DNA of 64,000 nt, taken from Octopus sinensis (lineage: Eukaryota). The notes under the pieces were generated by a model that was given only the letters and a program-made list of their open reading frames with translations, ran no database searches and was not told the DNA's origin. The DNA lies in NCBI RefSeq assembly GCF_006345805.1, contig NC_043000.1:63860001-63924000 (forward strand), given 5' to 3'. Shown here piece after piece: positions 27,075-40,637 of this stretch; positions within the stretch are counted from its first letter, which is position 1, and every line of letters starts with the position of its first letter. Position numbers and translations under genes: made by a program.

Positions 27075-27652
27075 AAGTTTCCCATATGTGAAGCATGAGA
27101 GCTAAAGAATTTTATGTCTTCCTCTTTTTCCTTTTCTTCTTCTTTTTCTCTTCTTTCCTTTCTTTCCCCTTTTCCTCTCTCTCTCTCTCTCTCTCTTATA
27201 TATATATATATATATATATATGGTAAAGGTCATGGTGGTAGTAGCGAACCGGAATGACAATGAGAACACTAAATTCAAGGGAAATAAATCGTACATGAAT
27301 ATGTCTGAGTTAATTTTCTTTCTATTATACGTATAGAAGTAAGATAAAACAATCAAATATACTTTTAATAGCACATAATTGTCGCTTCTCTATAAAGCTA
27401 ACATTATACATGGAGTAAGGGGCATATTAGTTCTTAACTCTCACTGCCTATAGTTAAAACTTCTCTTCTAATAGTGTATTTTATTATAAAATGTTGCTTG
27501 TTCTAAAGCCCCAAGAAGATGTAAACTCTGAAAGTTAAGTTATACAAAAACTGATATTTTGTTACATAAAATATATTTGTGAATACCACAAATTCATTAA
27601 ATATGTGTGCGTGTATATATGCATGTATGTATGGTGAGTATATGTGTATATG

Positions 27653-27693
<41 letters not shown>

Positions 27694-27724
27694 ATACATA
27701 CATACATACATATATATAGAGAGA

Positions 27725-30286
27725 GACGAGCTGCAGGAAAGCACGCCTCACAAACGGCAATCACACCTATTCACTATCGTCTATGAAGCGCCAGTGCATG
27801 TCTGTGCATCATCAATCACAGCATGCCCAGCCCTCCATTTAGCAGGTGTTGACAGCAAATGGATTGCCTAACCATCAGAACGCTTCCCAATCACAAAAAG
27901 CGGAAGAGTATGCATTCCAGTTTGGTGATGGTAGGGTCGACAAGTCACAACTGTCAGATGGTAATCGATGGTGGATGCGATGTACACATTTGCCACCTCC
28001 ATCTGACCTTTTAGGGGTAGCTTCCTTTCGGCCCATTGCTGGGTGAGAGTAGCCCCCTACTCGTTATCTCATCCCAGTTCTTCTCCATTTGGAGGTCCTG
28101 TCTGAACCAGACCCTGAGCAATTTACCTGGTCCGTTGGTCCAGTATCCCATGATGGAGACACTGTTGGATGGCATGGGCTTGCTTCTCCAGGTGCCAAGC
28201 TGCAAGCTCACTGACTTTCCCTGGTTAATTTTGGCTCCCGTTACCGCTTCATATTCTTTTAGTGTCTCACCGACCAGATCAATATGCCTGTGGATCAACA
28301 CTATCACAGTGACATTGTCCGTATATGCAGACATGCTCCTCCCGCATCCCAGTTCTCATGGGATGCCCCTCAGTGTCACCAGCTTCCGCAGTAGTGGCTC
28401 TAGAGTCAATACATACAGAAGCAACAAGAGAGGGCATCCTTGATGGACCGAACGCGTGATGTTAAATGGTCTGGATAGATGACCATTTATGCAAACTACC
28501 GAGCAGATATCACTGTATAAGGCAGCGATCCAATAGCAGAAGATGGGACCAAAACCAGCCGCTTTAAGGACAGCCTCCAAGAAGCAATGGTCAACCCTAT
28601 TAAAAGCTTTCAGTCGATCCAAATTGATCAGCACCCCACCCATGCCAGGTTCCTTAACTACCCTGTCTATGATGTAGCGCATCAGATGGAGATTGTCATG
28701 GTGCATTTTTGTGCCTTGTCAACCAGTTTCTCGATGATAAGTGCCGACCTCTCAGCTAGAACCTTAGCCAAAATCTTCATATCTGTGTTGAGCAGAGTAA
28801 TGGGTCTGAAGTTATCTATGACGTTCCCCTTGTTTGGATCTTTCTTTAGCAGTGCCAGCTTCTCACTTCACAGAAACGAGGATACTCCCGTTTTGCTGCC
28901 AAGATGCCTCCAAACAAGTCTGGCATATCACAATAGAGCTCATTGGGCAAACCATCCAAGCCTGGCGACTTGTCTCCTGTGCAGCCTGCCATCGCATCCT
29001 GTATGTCCATGACTGTGGTGAGTCTTTCACAATACTCCACCTCTCTTGCTGAGAGTCATAGCAGGCCTTGCAGGTAGGCACTAAAGTCCACCCTCTGTTC
29101 TGACTCACCAGTTATTCCAAACAGTTGGGCAAAGTGTTGTTGAAAGGTCTCACACATCCTTTTGGGATCAAATAATTTGTGCCCTCATTCATCTGTCAGA
29201 GATCTAATGGTGGCCTTGTTGCCACATTGCACCTCTGCCACTTGGGCCTCTCAGGTGGCTCCAACTCCTTCGTTCCTTAGAGCACGCATCCTTTGTGTTT
29301 GGCATTGAAGTGTTGGTGGAGGGCTAACCTCGCCGCCAGTACGTTGGACATGATGCCAGTTCTAAGTGCCTCTTCTAATTTCTTAACTAGGTCTCCCTCT
29401 ATTCTATTTCAGTCTAATGCTAGAGCCTTACTATACCTAACCGATTCTGGTTTAATTGCTTTCTTTAGGGCATACCACCATCTATTGTTGACAATGGTGC
29501 CAGTCAATGCTCTCTTAATGTGCTAATCTTAGGTCCCTGTAAGCCTGGCAAGCTTCCAGTAACTGGGACCCTGCCAATGTCTCTTATCTAAGTCAAGTGT
29601 ACAAGTCACAAATTTATGATCTGTGTAGGCAACTATATGGAATTGTGGACAATCTACACTATCCCTATCTACTGTCCAACAGAATGCTCTATCTAAGTAC
29701 AATCTGGACGACATGATGCCGTTGCTCCATGTCCACATTGGAACATTCAGGTGGTCCAGTCAGTACCTGTCAGACAGTTGGAAACGTCTGAGCAAGTCTT
29801 TGAGGTATTTACATCCACTCCTATTACTGTCTCTGCTCATGTAGTCTTGATGCATGTCCAAGGTAGTGTTCCAATCCCCCACTAAAAGTAAAGGTTGAGA
29901 CGTTCCCAGGAAAACCTCTAGACATCAAAAGAAATCTGGCCAACCTGTTAAAGACAATGAATAAACTGTTATCAGTCGAAAAACACACCCATTACTGCTA
30001 TCAACATCCAAGACGACCAGCCTACTCTCTGGGTCTAGGAATATTGCTCTTACTTTGAGGTCCAGACTCTTCTGAAAAAGCACCGCAGTACCATTCTTGG
30101 TAAACATGGAGAAAAATAAATGTCGAAAAGTACACCAAACATGTGCAGGAGGGCCTGCAGGTTGTGGAGTCTGGTCTCACTGATGGCTATGATATGCACA
30201 TTCTGTGACTTGATGTCATTTAAAAGGTAGCCTTGTTTCCAAGGCAACCCCAAACCACATACATTTATACAACCTATTCTGAGCAT
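27725..30286 (-). pseudogene. Tx1/L1-clade LINE ORF2 (APE endonuclease + RT), multiply frameshifted, 3'-truncated at a microsatellite
   Basis: RIGCINVCGL...IIAISETRL (endonuclease), DKSPGLDGLPNELY, LINLDRLKAFNRVDH, SVHQGCPL, SAYTDNVTV and GGLGM motifs. Confidence 0.92.
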
Positions 30287-30339
30287 GTTCCTATTGAAAG
30301 TTGTGTTTTACACACGAAAGGAAGATGAAAGAGAATGAG

Positions 30340-31500
30340 AGAGAGAGAGAGTCACTTACTGTTCGAAAGTTGTTTGTCCTTCACCTCATAGTCTTCTTCC
30401 AAAGTGTTTTTGTACAGTTTTTTAGAGAAGTATTTTAGAAATCTCCCTACTGCATCTGGGTAAAGAGATTTCAGTGTGTTATGTGTGTTCTGTGTAATAT
30501 GTATGATTTTAGTGTGTTGTGCGTGGGTGATTCTTTGTTTTGGTATCGTTTTCTGTGATGTTGTTTGACCTAATGTATTCCATTAGGTCTGAATTGTTAG
30601 TGTTTATAGCTGTCAACATTGTGGGGATATTTGGTGTTTGTGTGTTTGTGCTAATGCTTTTGTTTTCTGTGGGTGTTTTGGTTTGGGGTGTAATAAACCT
30701 CCCTGCCTTGTTTGCTTCTCTATTCTTTTCCCCCCTTTTCTCCTTCCCCCTGTGACAACATGTCAATAATCAGAAAGTGGGAGGGGAAGGGTATTGGGGT
30801 TTATTTCTGAGTATGTTAATGTTGATTTTGTTGTTGGTGTTGGTGCTGGTTTGTGACAGTTGGACTGGCTTGTTGGTTGCTGATGTTCTTTCATTTGTTG
30901 GTAGAGCTGTTTTATCATTTATCACCATATAGATGTTTAACACTAACCTAACCACTACCCCGTTGTTCCATTCACTACATTCATCTCTACGTCCATTTCT
31001 AACCATCTGTCATTCACCTCTCACACTTTAATGAACTTTTCCATCCACCATTCCTAATTTTTTGTATTCTCTCTTATATTCAACTTCTTGTATTGTATTT
31101 ATTTATTGCCCACAAGGGGCTAAACATAGAAAGAGACAAACAAGGACAAACAAAGGGATTAAGTCGATTACATCGACCCCAGTGCATAACTGGTTCTTAA
31201 TTTATCGACCCTGAAAGGATGAAAGGCAAAGTCGACCTCAGAGAAATTTGAACTCAGAACGTAATGGCAGACGAAATACCGCTTAGCATTTCGCCCGGCG
31301 TGCTAACGATTCTGCCAGCTCACTGCCTTAACTTCTTGTATCTTGAGAGCACACTCTGACACTTCATTGCCACCATCATTGTCTTCTCACAAACTACTCC
31401 CACCTGCCCTCATATAATGTAGGATAGCCATGCACCCCTTCTTTATGAGTGTTGATTATTCTTTAACCTCTCAACACCCAGCAACAAAAAGCTATTTTAG
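30340..31500 (-). pseudogene. Decayed ORF1/5' region of the same Tx1 LINE
   Basis: It lies directly upstream of ORF2 and has T/K/N-rich low-complexity frames similar in composition to the tail of the 15531-16704 ORF1. No clear motif. Confidence 0.4.
31094..31329 (-). mobile_element. Full-length SINE family A with 12-bp TSD
   Basis: TSD aacttcttgtat at 31082-31093 and 31330-31341. Head reverse complement aaggcagtgagctggcagaatcgttagcacg; tail gccccttgtgggcaataaataaata. Confidence 0.9.
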
Positions 31501-32427
31501 GCTCAACTACAACCGCACTTAGTCGAGGGACCCTTTTTCTTCTTTTGTGAGTTACTTGGTGATCTCACTAGTGCCAGTGTCATGAAAAACAAAAACAAAG
31601 CATCCAGGACACTCTGTAAAGTGGTTGGTATTAGGAAAGGCATCCAGCTGTAAAATCCATGCCAAAACAGAAATTGGAGCTTGATGCAGTCTTTTGTTTT
31701 ATTGGATCCTGTCCAAACTGTGTAACTCATGTCAGCATGGAAGACAGACATTAAATGATGATGATGATGATGATGATGACGACGACGTAATAAACAAACA
31801 GATAGAGAAATAGACAGACAGATAGGCTGACTGACTGGCTGATAGACAGGCAGATAGATGATATATGTATTTATGTATGTGGACGTGAATATATTTATGT
31901 ACCAATTATAATACAACAACGATTTCTTATATTTGCACATGGCTACAAATTTTCAACACGTATAGTTAATAAAATCAACATCAATTGACACCTATTTTAT
32001 CAATGTGCAGGTTTTTGAACTCAGAATATTAGAATCTAGGTTGCTTTGCACTCTTGCTAGCATACTGTTGTTACAATAGTATATATCATACTTAATAAAT
32101 AAAATATAGTACACTATCACAAATACGTCTGTTAACATATGCATATCTTACTCTGTGTGTGAATACTTCTATAAATCAATATGCTTAGAGAGAAAGGATG
32201 GTTGTAATTTGCAGTTTTTTTCCCCCCATGTACTTTAAGTGATGCAACCAATAATGATCTGATCCTGATAATAATGAACATCACTCTAATGAAAATCTGG
32301 ATGTTATGTTTCACAGCCAGATACCATTTCTAACATAGAACAGAAAGAAGAGGAGCAATGATTGTTCTGGAAACTCCAAATACAAAATTAACCTTCTGTT
32401 TTTTTCCTCTTTTTTTGTTGTCCCATA

Positions 32428-32806
32428 GGTACAGGCATGGCTGTGTAGTAAAAAGTTTGCTTTCCAATCACATGGTTTGGAGTTCAGTTCCACTGTATGG
32501 CACCTTTTACTGTTGCCATGGGCTGACCAAAACCTTGTGAGTGGATTTGGTAGATGGAAGCTAAAAGAAACCTCTTGCATGCATGCGTGTGTGTGTGTTG
32601 TGTGTTTGACCTCCACCATAGCTTGACAACCAGTGTTGGTTTGCCTACATTCCCATAACTTAACAGTTCAGCTAAAAGAAACCAATAGAATAAGTCTTTA
32701 AAAAATAATAAGTAGTGGGGTTATTTCATTCCACTAAAGTTCTTCAAGGTGGTCTCCCATTATGGTCACTGTATAATGACTGAAACCAGTAAAAGATAAA
32801 AGATAA
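32428..32806 (+). mobile_element. SINE family B, decayed
   Basis: Shared head, core and tail blocks. Confidence 0.75.
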
Positions 32807-33830
32807 GGGGATGGAAAAAGTCAGCCACAGGCAGGATTTGAATTCAAACCCTAGGAGCATAAAATGAAATAATTCAAATCATTTAATCTGGTGCTCTAAT
32901 AATTACACCTTAGAAACTGTGAATAAAAATGAGCCAAGAAGAAAACTTCTACTTAATCACTTGGTCTACAAGAAATAACAGCTAAATCACCCTCAAATTA
33001 CACCTAGCCATCTTCAAACAATGTAGTCCTGATACATTGTACTTCTAAATAAAATACAGGCTGTTCTTGCCTGGAATTTGTTTAATTATCAATATCAACG
33101 GGAAATAGCAAAAAACTAGCTGAGATTCAATCAAACATTACAAATATCTACGCTGTAATTATTTAATGTTTAACTAGAATAAAAAAAAAAAAACAGAATA
33201 AAATGAAGTAAGCAGCAAAGACTCCAGGTGTTGAAAAATAGTTTAAAATTTAGACCAGAAATCATGCAAGAATGTGTCTGAAGTTAAGAAACTAGCTAAG
33301 TATTCCTTTTTTTAATCAACAAATAAAATAAAAAAGCAAACTGGCTGACAACAAAATCTTTGTCACAAGAGAATTTGACAACACATTTCATAAGCTATAA
33401 CTGATGTCACTAAAGTAAGCACCTGTTGGGAGAAACAAGAAAGACTGTTAGGGACTACAGAAAAAAGCTGGTAAGAGTGTTATATGATGAAAGAGCACAC
33501 ATGCACACTCTCACATATTCGTACAATACACATGCATACAGATACCCAGGCACATAGACAAAAGACACATTATACAAACATACAACAAACATTGTGTAAA
33601 ATATACATACAAAATCTCACAAAGGTACACACACACATACATGTGTGTGTGTATGTGTGGATACATGATTTTTGCATGTGCACATCCACAAATACACAGG
33701 TAGATTCACAGAGGACACATCTACCCACACATACAAGGTTGGTAGAACACTCATACACATGTGTGTGTGTGTGTGTGTACATATATATATAACTGTGTGT
33801 GTGTGCATGTGTATGCATGTATATATGCAC

Positions 33831-33879
<49 letters not shown>

Positions 33880-34139
33880 AGAAGAGGAAAGAGGGAAAAT
33901 AATAGGGAACTAAAACCATCCTTTCTCTTTAAACATACTAATCAGTTTAGATCTTCCTGGCCTCATGCAGGTTTTAAAACATTAACACAAAACCTTACAA
34001 AAATCTATGTAGGAATGTTTAAACTTTTTTTAGAATAAGAAAACAGAATAAAATGAAGAGTGAAAAAAGACGAAAGTTTAAAAATGACATAAGGACAGCA
34101 TAAAATACACTCTACTAAAAACCAGCAAATAAAAACACG

Positions 34140-34276
34140 CTAAACTACTAAAAAGCACTTGGAGAGTGCAGACCTCCGCCCAGCAGGTCATTTTCACCGA
34201 TATAGACGCATGCTGAAAATCACCCTACTTCCCAAACCAATGCTGGCAAAAACATAATCTCCTTGGCGGAGGTAAA
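34140..34276 (+). mobile_element. Short HINE/Helentron-type element
   Basis: Sub-terminal inverted motif acctccgcc ... ctccttggcggaggtaa. Confidence 0.5.
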
Positions 34277-34859
34277 AAAAATAACAGTCACTTTCACCAC
34301 CACAACCAGTAAAAACACTACAATACCACCATCACACAACTAACACTATCATCAACACCACTATTATCACCATCACCTCAGCATCACACATCTCCTGTCG
34401 CCATTATAACCACCGATACTATTTTATCCTCCTCCTATACTTATCTCGACCATCATCATCATCAACACTGTATTTGCTTTCACTACAATCACCATCAAAA
34501 CTACGATCACCACAATCAGTTTCTTTACACTGTTGAAAATCCATTGTCCGATACTCATGGGACCGAGATTGTTGCAGATTTTTGATTTTTCTAATTTCGG
34601 AGTGCTTTAGTAAAAAAAAAAATTGCATCTACAAAACAGAACAGTTTGAGGATAGAAACCAGGTCTAAACACAATAGCTTACAGACATACTCTGAATGTA
34701 GTTCTATATAAATCTTTAATAATTTTTTTATACCATCAGAAATGTTTAGATGTCAACCTCTACTCACATTGTCATGCTTTGATTAAAAGGTTACAGCATA
34801 GATTAGATTACTTAGATAAGTTTTGGCCAAAGTTGACTCAGGTCATGTCTAATTTAATA

Positions 34860-35290
34860 GCACAGTCAGCTCTGGGGAACCATAACCCATTCAAGCAGAG
34901 GGTTATTGTTTTCAGAGACATATCTGAGTGTGAGTGGTTTATCTGCTATTTGTCAGAGGTAATCATCTAGGGATCGTTTGAATGCCGTGAAGTCACTTTC
35001 CTCCTTTATGTGTGTCTGGCACACTGTTGAAGAGAGCAGGGCCAATTGAGGTGAAATAGTTCTGTCATAGTGTTGTGATATGACACAAACATTTCTGTAG
35101 TGAACAGATGGCACGGGGCCCAAGCCTCAGATGAATTTTAAAGATGGGCAATGTTGATGGAATATTTTCCACATCATACAGATGATATAGAGCTCACAGC
35201 GGTGGTGGAGGGGCAAAGCCTGAGCCTTTTGAGTCGATACCAATAGTCAAGTCTTGTCATGTCATCCTCTGCAGACCTCCACCAAGCAGC
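34860..35290 (-). pseudogene. CR1/L2-group LINE 3' end relic
   Basis: Reverse-complement reading RLKRLRL...RLGPRA...NYFTSIGPALFNSVP, matching the CR1-group C-terminal pattern. Confidence 0.6.
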
Positions 35291-35329
35291 TCATTTTAAG
35301 ATAGATACGTGAGTCAAATTACTAATAAA

Positions 35330-35646
35330 GATTCAAAAATAAACTTTGGAAACAGCAATGCCACCATAGGTTATGTGGAAATGATGAACATGTTTTCAAG
35401 GGAGATAATCAAAGAATGTAACATTGTAATACTTTATGTAAAGTAGATATAACAAATGAAAAATCCTTCAAGATTCCATAAAAATTCCTGGATCACTACC
35501 AAAATTTCATTATCTGTTCCTTGTGTCATTACCAACTTTTTCTGCAACTTTCATCAAATACGGTTCACAACTTTTTGAGTTAATTTGCACACAGATGGAC
35601 AAACCAATGCTGATGAAAACATAACCTCCTTCCTTGGCGAAGGTAA
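35330..35646 (+). mobile_element. HINE-type element of the same family as 34140-34276
   Basis: Both share the 3' end aaaccaatgctg..aaaacataa.ctcctt..ggcg.aggtaa. Confidence 0.5.
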
Positions 35647-35843
35647 TAAGGCAGTTTTTCAAACATGCCTGATAATCTGAAATGTGATTCCATGACCAAG
35701 TCATGATTTACAAGATCTGAAGCAAATATAACAAACAAAACTCACCATCTCTACAGGAATGATTGCATTTGCCTGTGGGATGATTGTGTCTGAGAACATG
35801 TTTTTTCAGTCCAGGTTTGGACTCATGGATTAAACAGGAGATG

Positions 35844-37063
35844 CAAGGGTTGGTTGTAAAGTTCATAGGCTGACTATGAAGGAGTGATGGTACAGCTGCG
35901 AAATCTTATTATTAAAAACTGCATTGTTTCTTTCCATATAAACTGAGAGCTGACTGTTCAAAGAAGACTTCAGAAGTAACTAGTTGTGACTTATGTTGAA
36001 AATGGATAAAATTTGGCAGGAAAAGGGTTTAGCCCCCAAGGACATTCATGCTGACATGGTTACTACATTTGGATATGACGCACCAGCTTTATCAACAGTG
36101 CAAGGCTGGACAGCTGAATTTAGAAGAAGGGAATGCCTTGAAGATGACCCAAGGTCTGGACATCCTGCAGCTGCTGCCACCGAGAAAAACACTGATTGTA
36201 TTCACCACATGGTGATGGATGACAAGTAACTGACTATAATTGAAATGGTCAATGCTATTAACCTATCATATAAGAGAGTAGAGAATATTCTGCACAATGA
36301 GCTTGGCATGGCAAAAGTTTCTGTTCAGTTGGTGCCATGTCTTCTGACACCTGATCAAAAGGGCATCAGGCTGATCATATCATGGGAAAATCTAACATTG
36401 TTTCAGGCAAATCCTGCTGGTTTCTTTGAACATTTCCTAATCCAGGATGAGTGTTGGCTTCATCACTATGAGTCAGAGACAAAGAGACAACCCATGCAGT
36501 TGAAACACTCCTCCTCACCTGCTCAAAAGAAGGCTAAGATCATTTCATCTGCAAGGAAAGTGATGGCCTCAATATTTTGAGATACAAAAGGCATTATGTT
36601 TATTGACTATCTTCAAAAGAGCCACGCCATCAACAGTTAGTAGTATGCCAACTTGCCAAGGCAGTTAAAAAAGGATATCGAGACCAAACACCCAAGAAAA
36701 TTGATAAAAGGGGTCTTGTTTCATCAGGACAATGCTCCAGTACACAAATCCTTGGTTTTAATGACTGCTGTGTATGACTGTAGCTTTGAATTGGTTGATC
36801 ACACACTTTATTCTCCTTATTTAGCCCTATTATCTTTTCTCCACATTGAAAAAACACTTGGCTAGGAACCAATATCACAGCAATGATGATGGCTTTTTTT
36901 ACCAACACGATGAAAGCATCTTCATCAATTGGATCAAAGCACTGCAACACCAATGGAAGAAGTGTGTGAACCATAGGGAGGACTATGTTGAAAACCAAAC
37001 TTCATTTGGTCACATAGCATGAGAGTATCTTTGTCAGTCTATGAAGTTTTCAGTCAACCCTCA
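35844..37063 (+). mobile_element. Full-length decayed mariner transposon (~1.2 kb)
   Basis: TIRs agggttggttgtaaagttcataggctgac / gtcagtctatgaagttttcagtcaaccctca|TA. Transposase remnants APALSTVQGW, LVPCLL (WVPREL), QDECWLHHYE, HQDNAPVH, YSPYLA. Confidence 0.9.
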
Positions 37064-37201
37064 TAAATTTCTTTTTTGTCTTGTCAGTATATGTGCTATT
37101 TCATGTCATTAGTGATTCATCTTCTTGGATTTTTAGACTGTATTTTATAAAGCTCTAGCTGTCTACCTATGTGTGTGTGTGTGTGTGTGTGTATCATTTT
37201 A

Positions 37202-37584
37202 TTCTTTTACTTGTTTCAGTCATCTGACTGTGGCCAAGCTGAAGCACCACCTTTAGTCAAACAAATTGACCCAGGACTTATGCTTTGCAAGCCTATTACT
37301 TATTCTATTGATCTCTTTTGCCAATCTATTAAGTTACAGGGATGTAAACACACCAACATCAGTTGTCAAGCGATGGTAGGGGAGGACAAGCACAGACACA
37401 CAAATATATATATATATATTATATATATATATATACGACAGGCTTCTTTTAGTTTCTCTCTACCAAATTCACTCACAAGGCTTTGATCAGCCCAAGGCTA
37501 TAGCAGAAGAAAATTGGTCAAGGTGCCATGCTGTGGGACTGAATCTGGAACTGTGTAGTTGGTAAGCAAGCTTCTTGCCACACA
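37202..37584 (-). mobile_element. SINE family B, decayed
   Basis: Shared blocks and a central (TA)n. Confidence 0.75.
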
Positions 37585-38976
37585 ATATTCTTGTAAATAT
37601 ATATATATGCACACACACACACACACACATATCGCACATATACACACATCTATTCGTACATACATGTGTGTGTGTGTGTGCGTGTGTGTGTGTGTGCGTG
37701 TGTGTGCATGTGTGTATGTATGCGTGAAAGATACAATAGCCACTGTTCTTATTCATACAAAAAAAAGCCATTGATTAATGGATATCTCTGACAACAAAAT
37801 ACAGGTTCACTCATAGCTGAGATAAAAAAAAAATTCCTTCTAATGACAAATACACCTATGACACGCTCCTACTCAAGAATATTGACAGAAACTTTTACAA
37901 TGTTTACAAATGCTAGACCTTACAATCTCTGATAACTTATAATGATAACCACGCTTTTATAACATAGTCAAATGTTCTCTCAATGATAAGAAATTTTCAC
38001 CCTTTGATGTGGCTGAATGACCAGTTCCAACCAGTTGGGATTCACAGCACAGGTTGTACTGTTCATCCTTTCAGTCACTGATTACAAAACATAGATTGCG
38101 AGACTTCCGTTCAGGTAATTTTGCTGATTTACCATCTCACCCTTGTAGGTTACCCATTTACAGCTGAGTGAACTGGAGCAACATGCAATGAAGTGTTTTG
38201 CTCATGAACACACCGCACAGCTGGTCTGTGAATTAAAACAACAATCCCACAATCATGAGTACAACACTCCAACCACTAAACCACATGCCTTCACACATTA
38301 TTGGACAGCTATTGATTCTCTTGAGTTTCTCCACCTTTGATGAGTTTCATCTTTTGTCCTGCAGGGTCTCGAGTAAATTACCCTCCCCATCAAGCTTGTG
38401 GTGGGATTACCAGTTTAGTCAAGAAGGTAAAAGTATGCATCTTATTAAAGTAAACTCACATAACAAGGACAATGCATATGTTTTATATACAACACACCCC
38501 AAAATGAACCTGTTTGTTTGATTGACAGTCTTCACTCAACAACATATTACAAAAGCAGAGTGAGCACTTTCTTCTAAGCAATTGCTCACTCCACTATGAC
38601 AGCAACTAGATCACCCTCAAATCACATCCACCTCTCATCATCATCATCATCAATTAACATCCGTTTTCCATGTTGGTGTAAGTTGGACAGCTTGATGGGA
38701 GTGTACTGGGTGCTTTTTACATAGCACCAGCATCAAAACTTTATAAGTGATACCAGCACCTGTACTTTTTATGTAGCACCAGTGCTTTTTATATGGCACC
38801 TTGGTTTTAGAATCTCAATTCTATTGTGGTGGGTGGGTCTTCTTGAGTACAGCAATGTACTACATATCTCGGCCCTATCATCCTAAAAAAAAGAAAGATC
38901 ACATTAGATAGATAATGTAGTTCTAGAAACACAGGTAGACTGAGCTGTTAACCTTGGTGAGTATTCACAAACAGCA

Positions 38977-39443
38977 TGTAGTTAAGCCTAGGCGAAATGG
39001 CTGTGTATGTATTGATGTTAATGGAGGCGACGATGGTGAAAGCGACAGTGGAGAAAGGTCCTGAAATGCTGCAGTGGTGTTGGTGTCACGGTCACTGGAA
39101 CATGACTGAGTCGCTGGAATTGGCTGTCTGTTGCTGCATGCTCTGTGGTCAATGGTCTAGGACCAAAGACAAGGAATGGTTTGTTAATCTAGCTTTTAAA
39201 GAGGTTGGTGGGCTCCAGAAGAGAACCTAGAAGACTGTGTCATGGGACCTTATCAGAAGGTTGCAATTGGTTGGTTTACACATTGGCATGAAATAAAGCA
39301 AGAGACAAAACTGCACCAAAACCAACCAATCAGAGCAGTGGACACAACTGGGCCTAAGCAGCTGAAGGCCGGCTGTTATACGTCACGTCCGCATTTGTAA
39401 TATATCTCTCAAAGAGAGATAATGTATTTCACTAAGCGCTACA
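38977..39443. mobile_element. Probable solo LTR (467 bp)
   Basis: TGTAG...CTACA termini and a GC/CpG-richer interior with a CCAAT-like box. No TSD was found. Confidence 0.5.
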
Positions 39444-40339
39444 TATGTTTAATTTATTGAAATTGCCTCAATTCAGAGACAGAAAGCAAAAACCTAACAA
39501 CAACTGTAAGTAGATACTAAACTAAGTTTTCAGTAGTACACTTAACTTAATTGCACAAATCCATACCATTGGCGTCCTTGAATATTTTTCTCAATGTTCC
39601 TTTTTTTTAGTTTTAGTTGTACAAATTACATCTGACCAAGAATATATGAAACTCCTTTTCTGTCATGTAACAATGTTAAAAAACAGATATGGTAGGACTG
39701 AATTATGCTAACAAGATCAGTAAAGAGGCCAAAGGACATGTCCATAAACTTTTCTTGTCTATAAACAAGCTTCAGATTGCCCTTTCCTTCCATGTAAATC
39801 TACTCCTGCATTATTCCTAATTTCTTGAAATTATCTCCCCTTCAGATTCACTAGTAATTGATGAAGTGTACTGATGCTTAACCCTTTAGCAATGAGATTT
39901 CTTTGTCCAGTTTATTGCTTATTTATTTACATCGTTTTGAATTAATCAGACATTATTTTGTAGGTTTAGTATTGCAATAATGTGATTGTATATGTTTAGA
40001 ATGATGTTGTAGGTTAGATGTGAGAGGTTGGATCTAGTAAGTTTTAACTTAAAACAAAATATTTTTGCTGTATTTGACTGGTTTAAATACCAAAAGGTTA
40101 AATATATGTCCTATAATCTGATGACATCTTTTGTAGCCCAGTTCAGAGTGTTTCCATAACATTGTCTATAAGGTCTTTCCATGTTTGACTGCACACAAAC
40201 ATATCAAATATGCATGTACAGAGCTTTATTTTAATCATTGCTACTTAGTGAGCCTTTGCACATGTTAGAAACTTATTATTTGCTGTTTGTATATAAGCAT
40301 GAGCAGTTCTTAGTGGGCTATGAAAGACAGATTGGGTAT

Positions 40340-40384
40340 CTGCAGCTGATGAAGTATAATGATGCAGAAACATGTTTACTACAG
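40340..40384 (+). ncRNA. Penelope-type minimal hammerhead ribozyme motif (type I), slightly decayed
   Basis: ctgcag-CTGATGA-a-GTAT-aatg-ATGC-a-GAAA-CATGT-tTA-ctacag: intact core, 4-bp stem II, palindromic ACATGT and a 5/6 stem I. Confidence 0.55.
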
Positions 40385-40637
40385 TCCAATGACATCATTT
40401 AGTGTATTTTCACACATTATTGATAAGAACTCCTTTTTTGAGAAAGTTACCATGGAGGTCTTTCCACATTCAAGTTTACACAAATATGTTGAATACAAAT
40501 GTGTACAAATCTAATAACAATTGTGGTTTTCCAGGTCTTTGTATTTGTTGTATGGGGAATCTGTACATACCCATGATTGGCTAAATGAACCATACTAGTT
40601 AGCATAAATGAGCATGCACAGAACAGTCTGAGAAGGG

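Noticed and set aside
38365-38426. Plus-strand exon-like segment (ctgcag|...AAG|GTAAAA)
   Set aside because: The peptide is unrecognisable, there are no compatible neighbouring exons, and it lies in repeat-like sequence.
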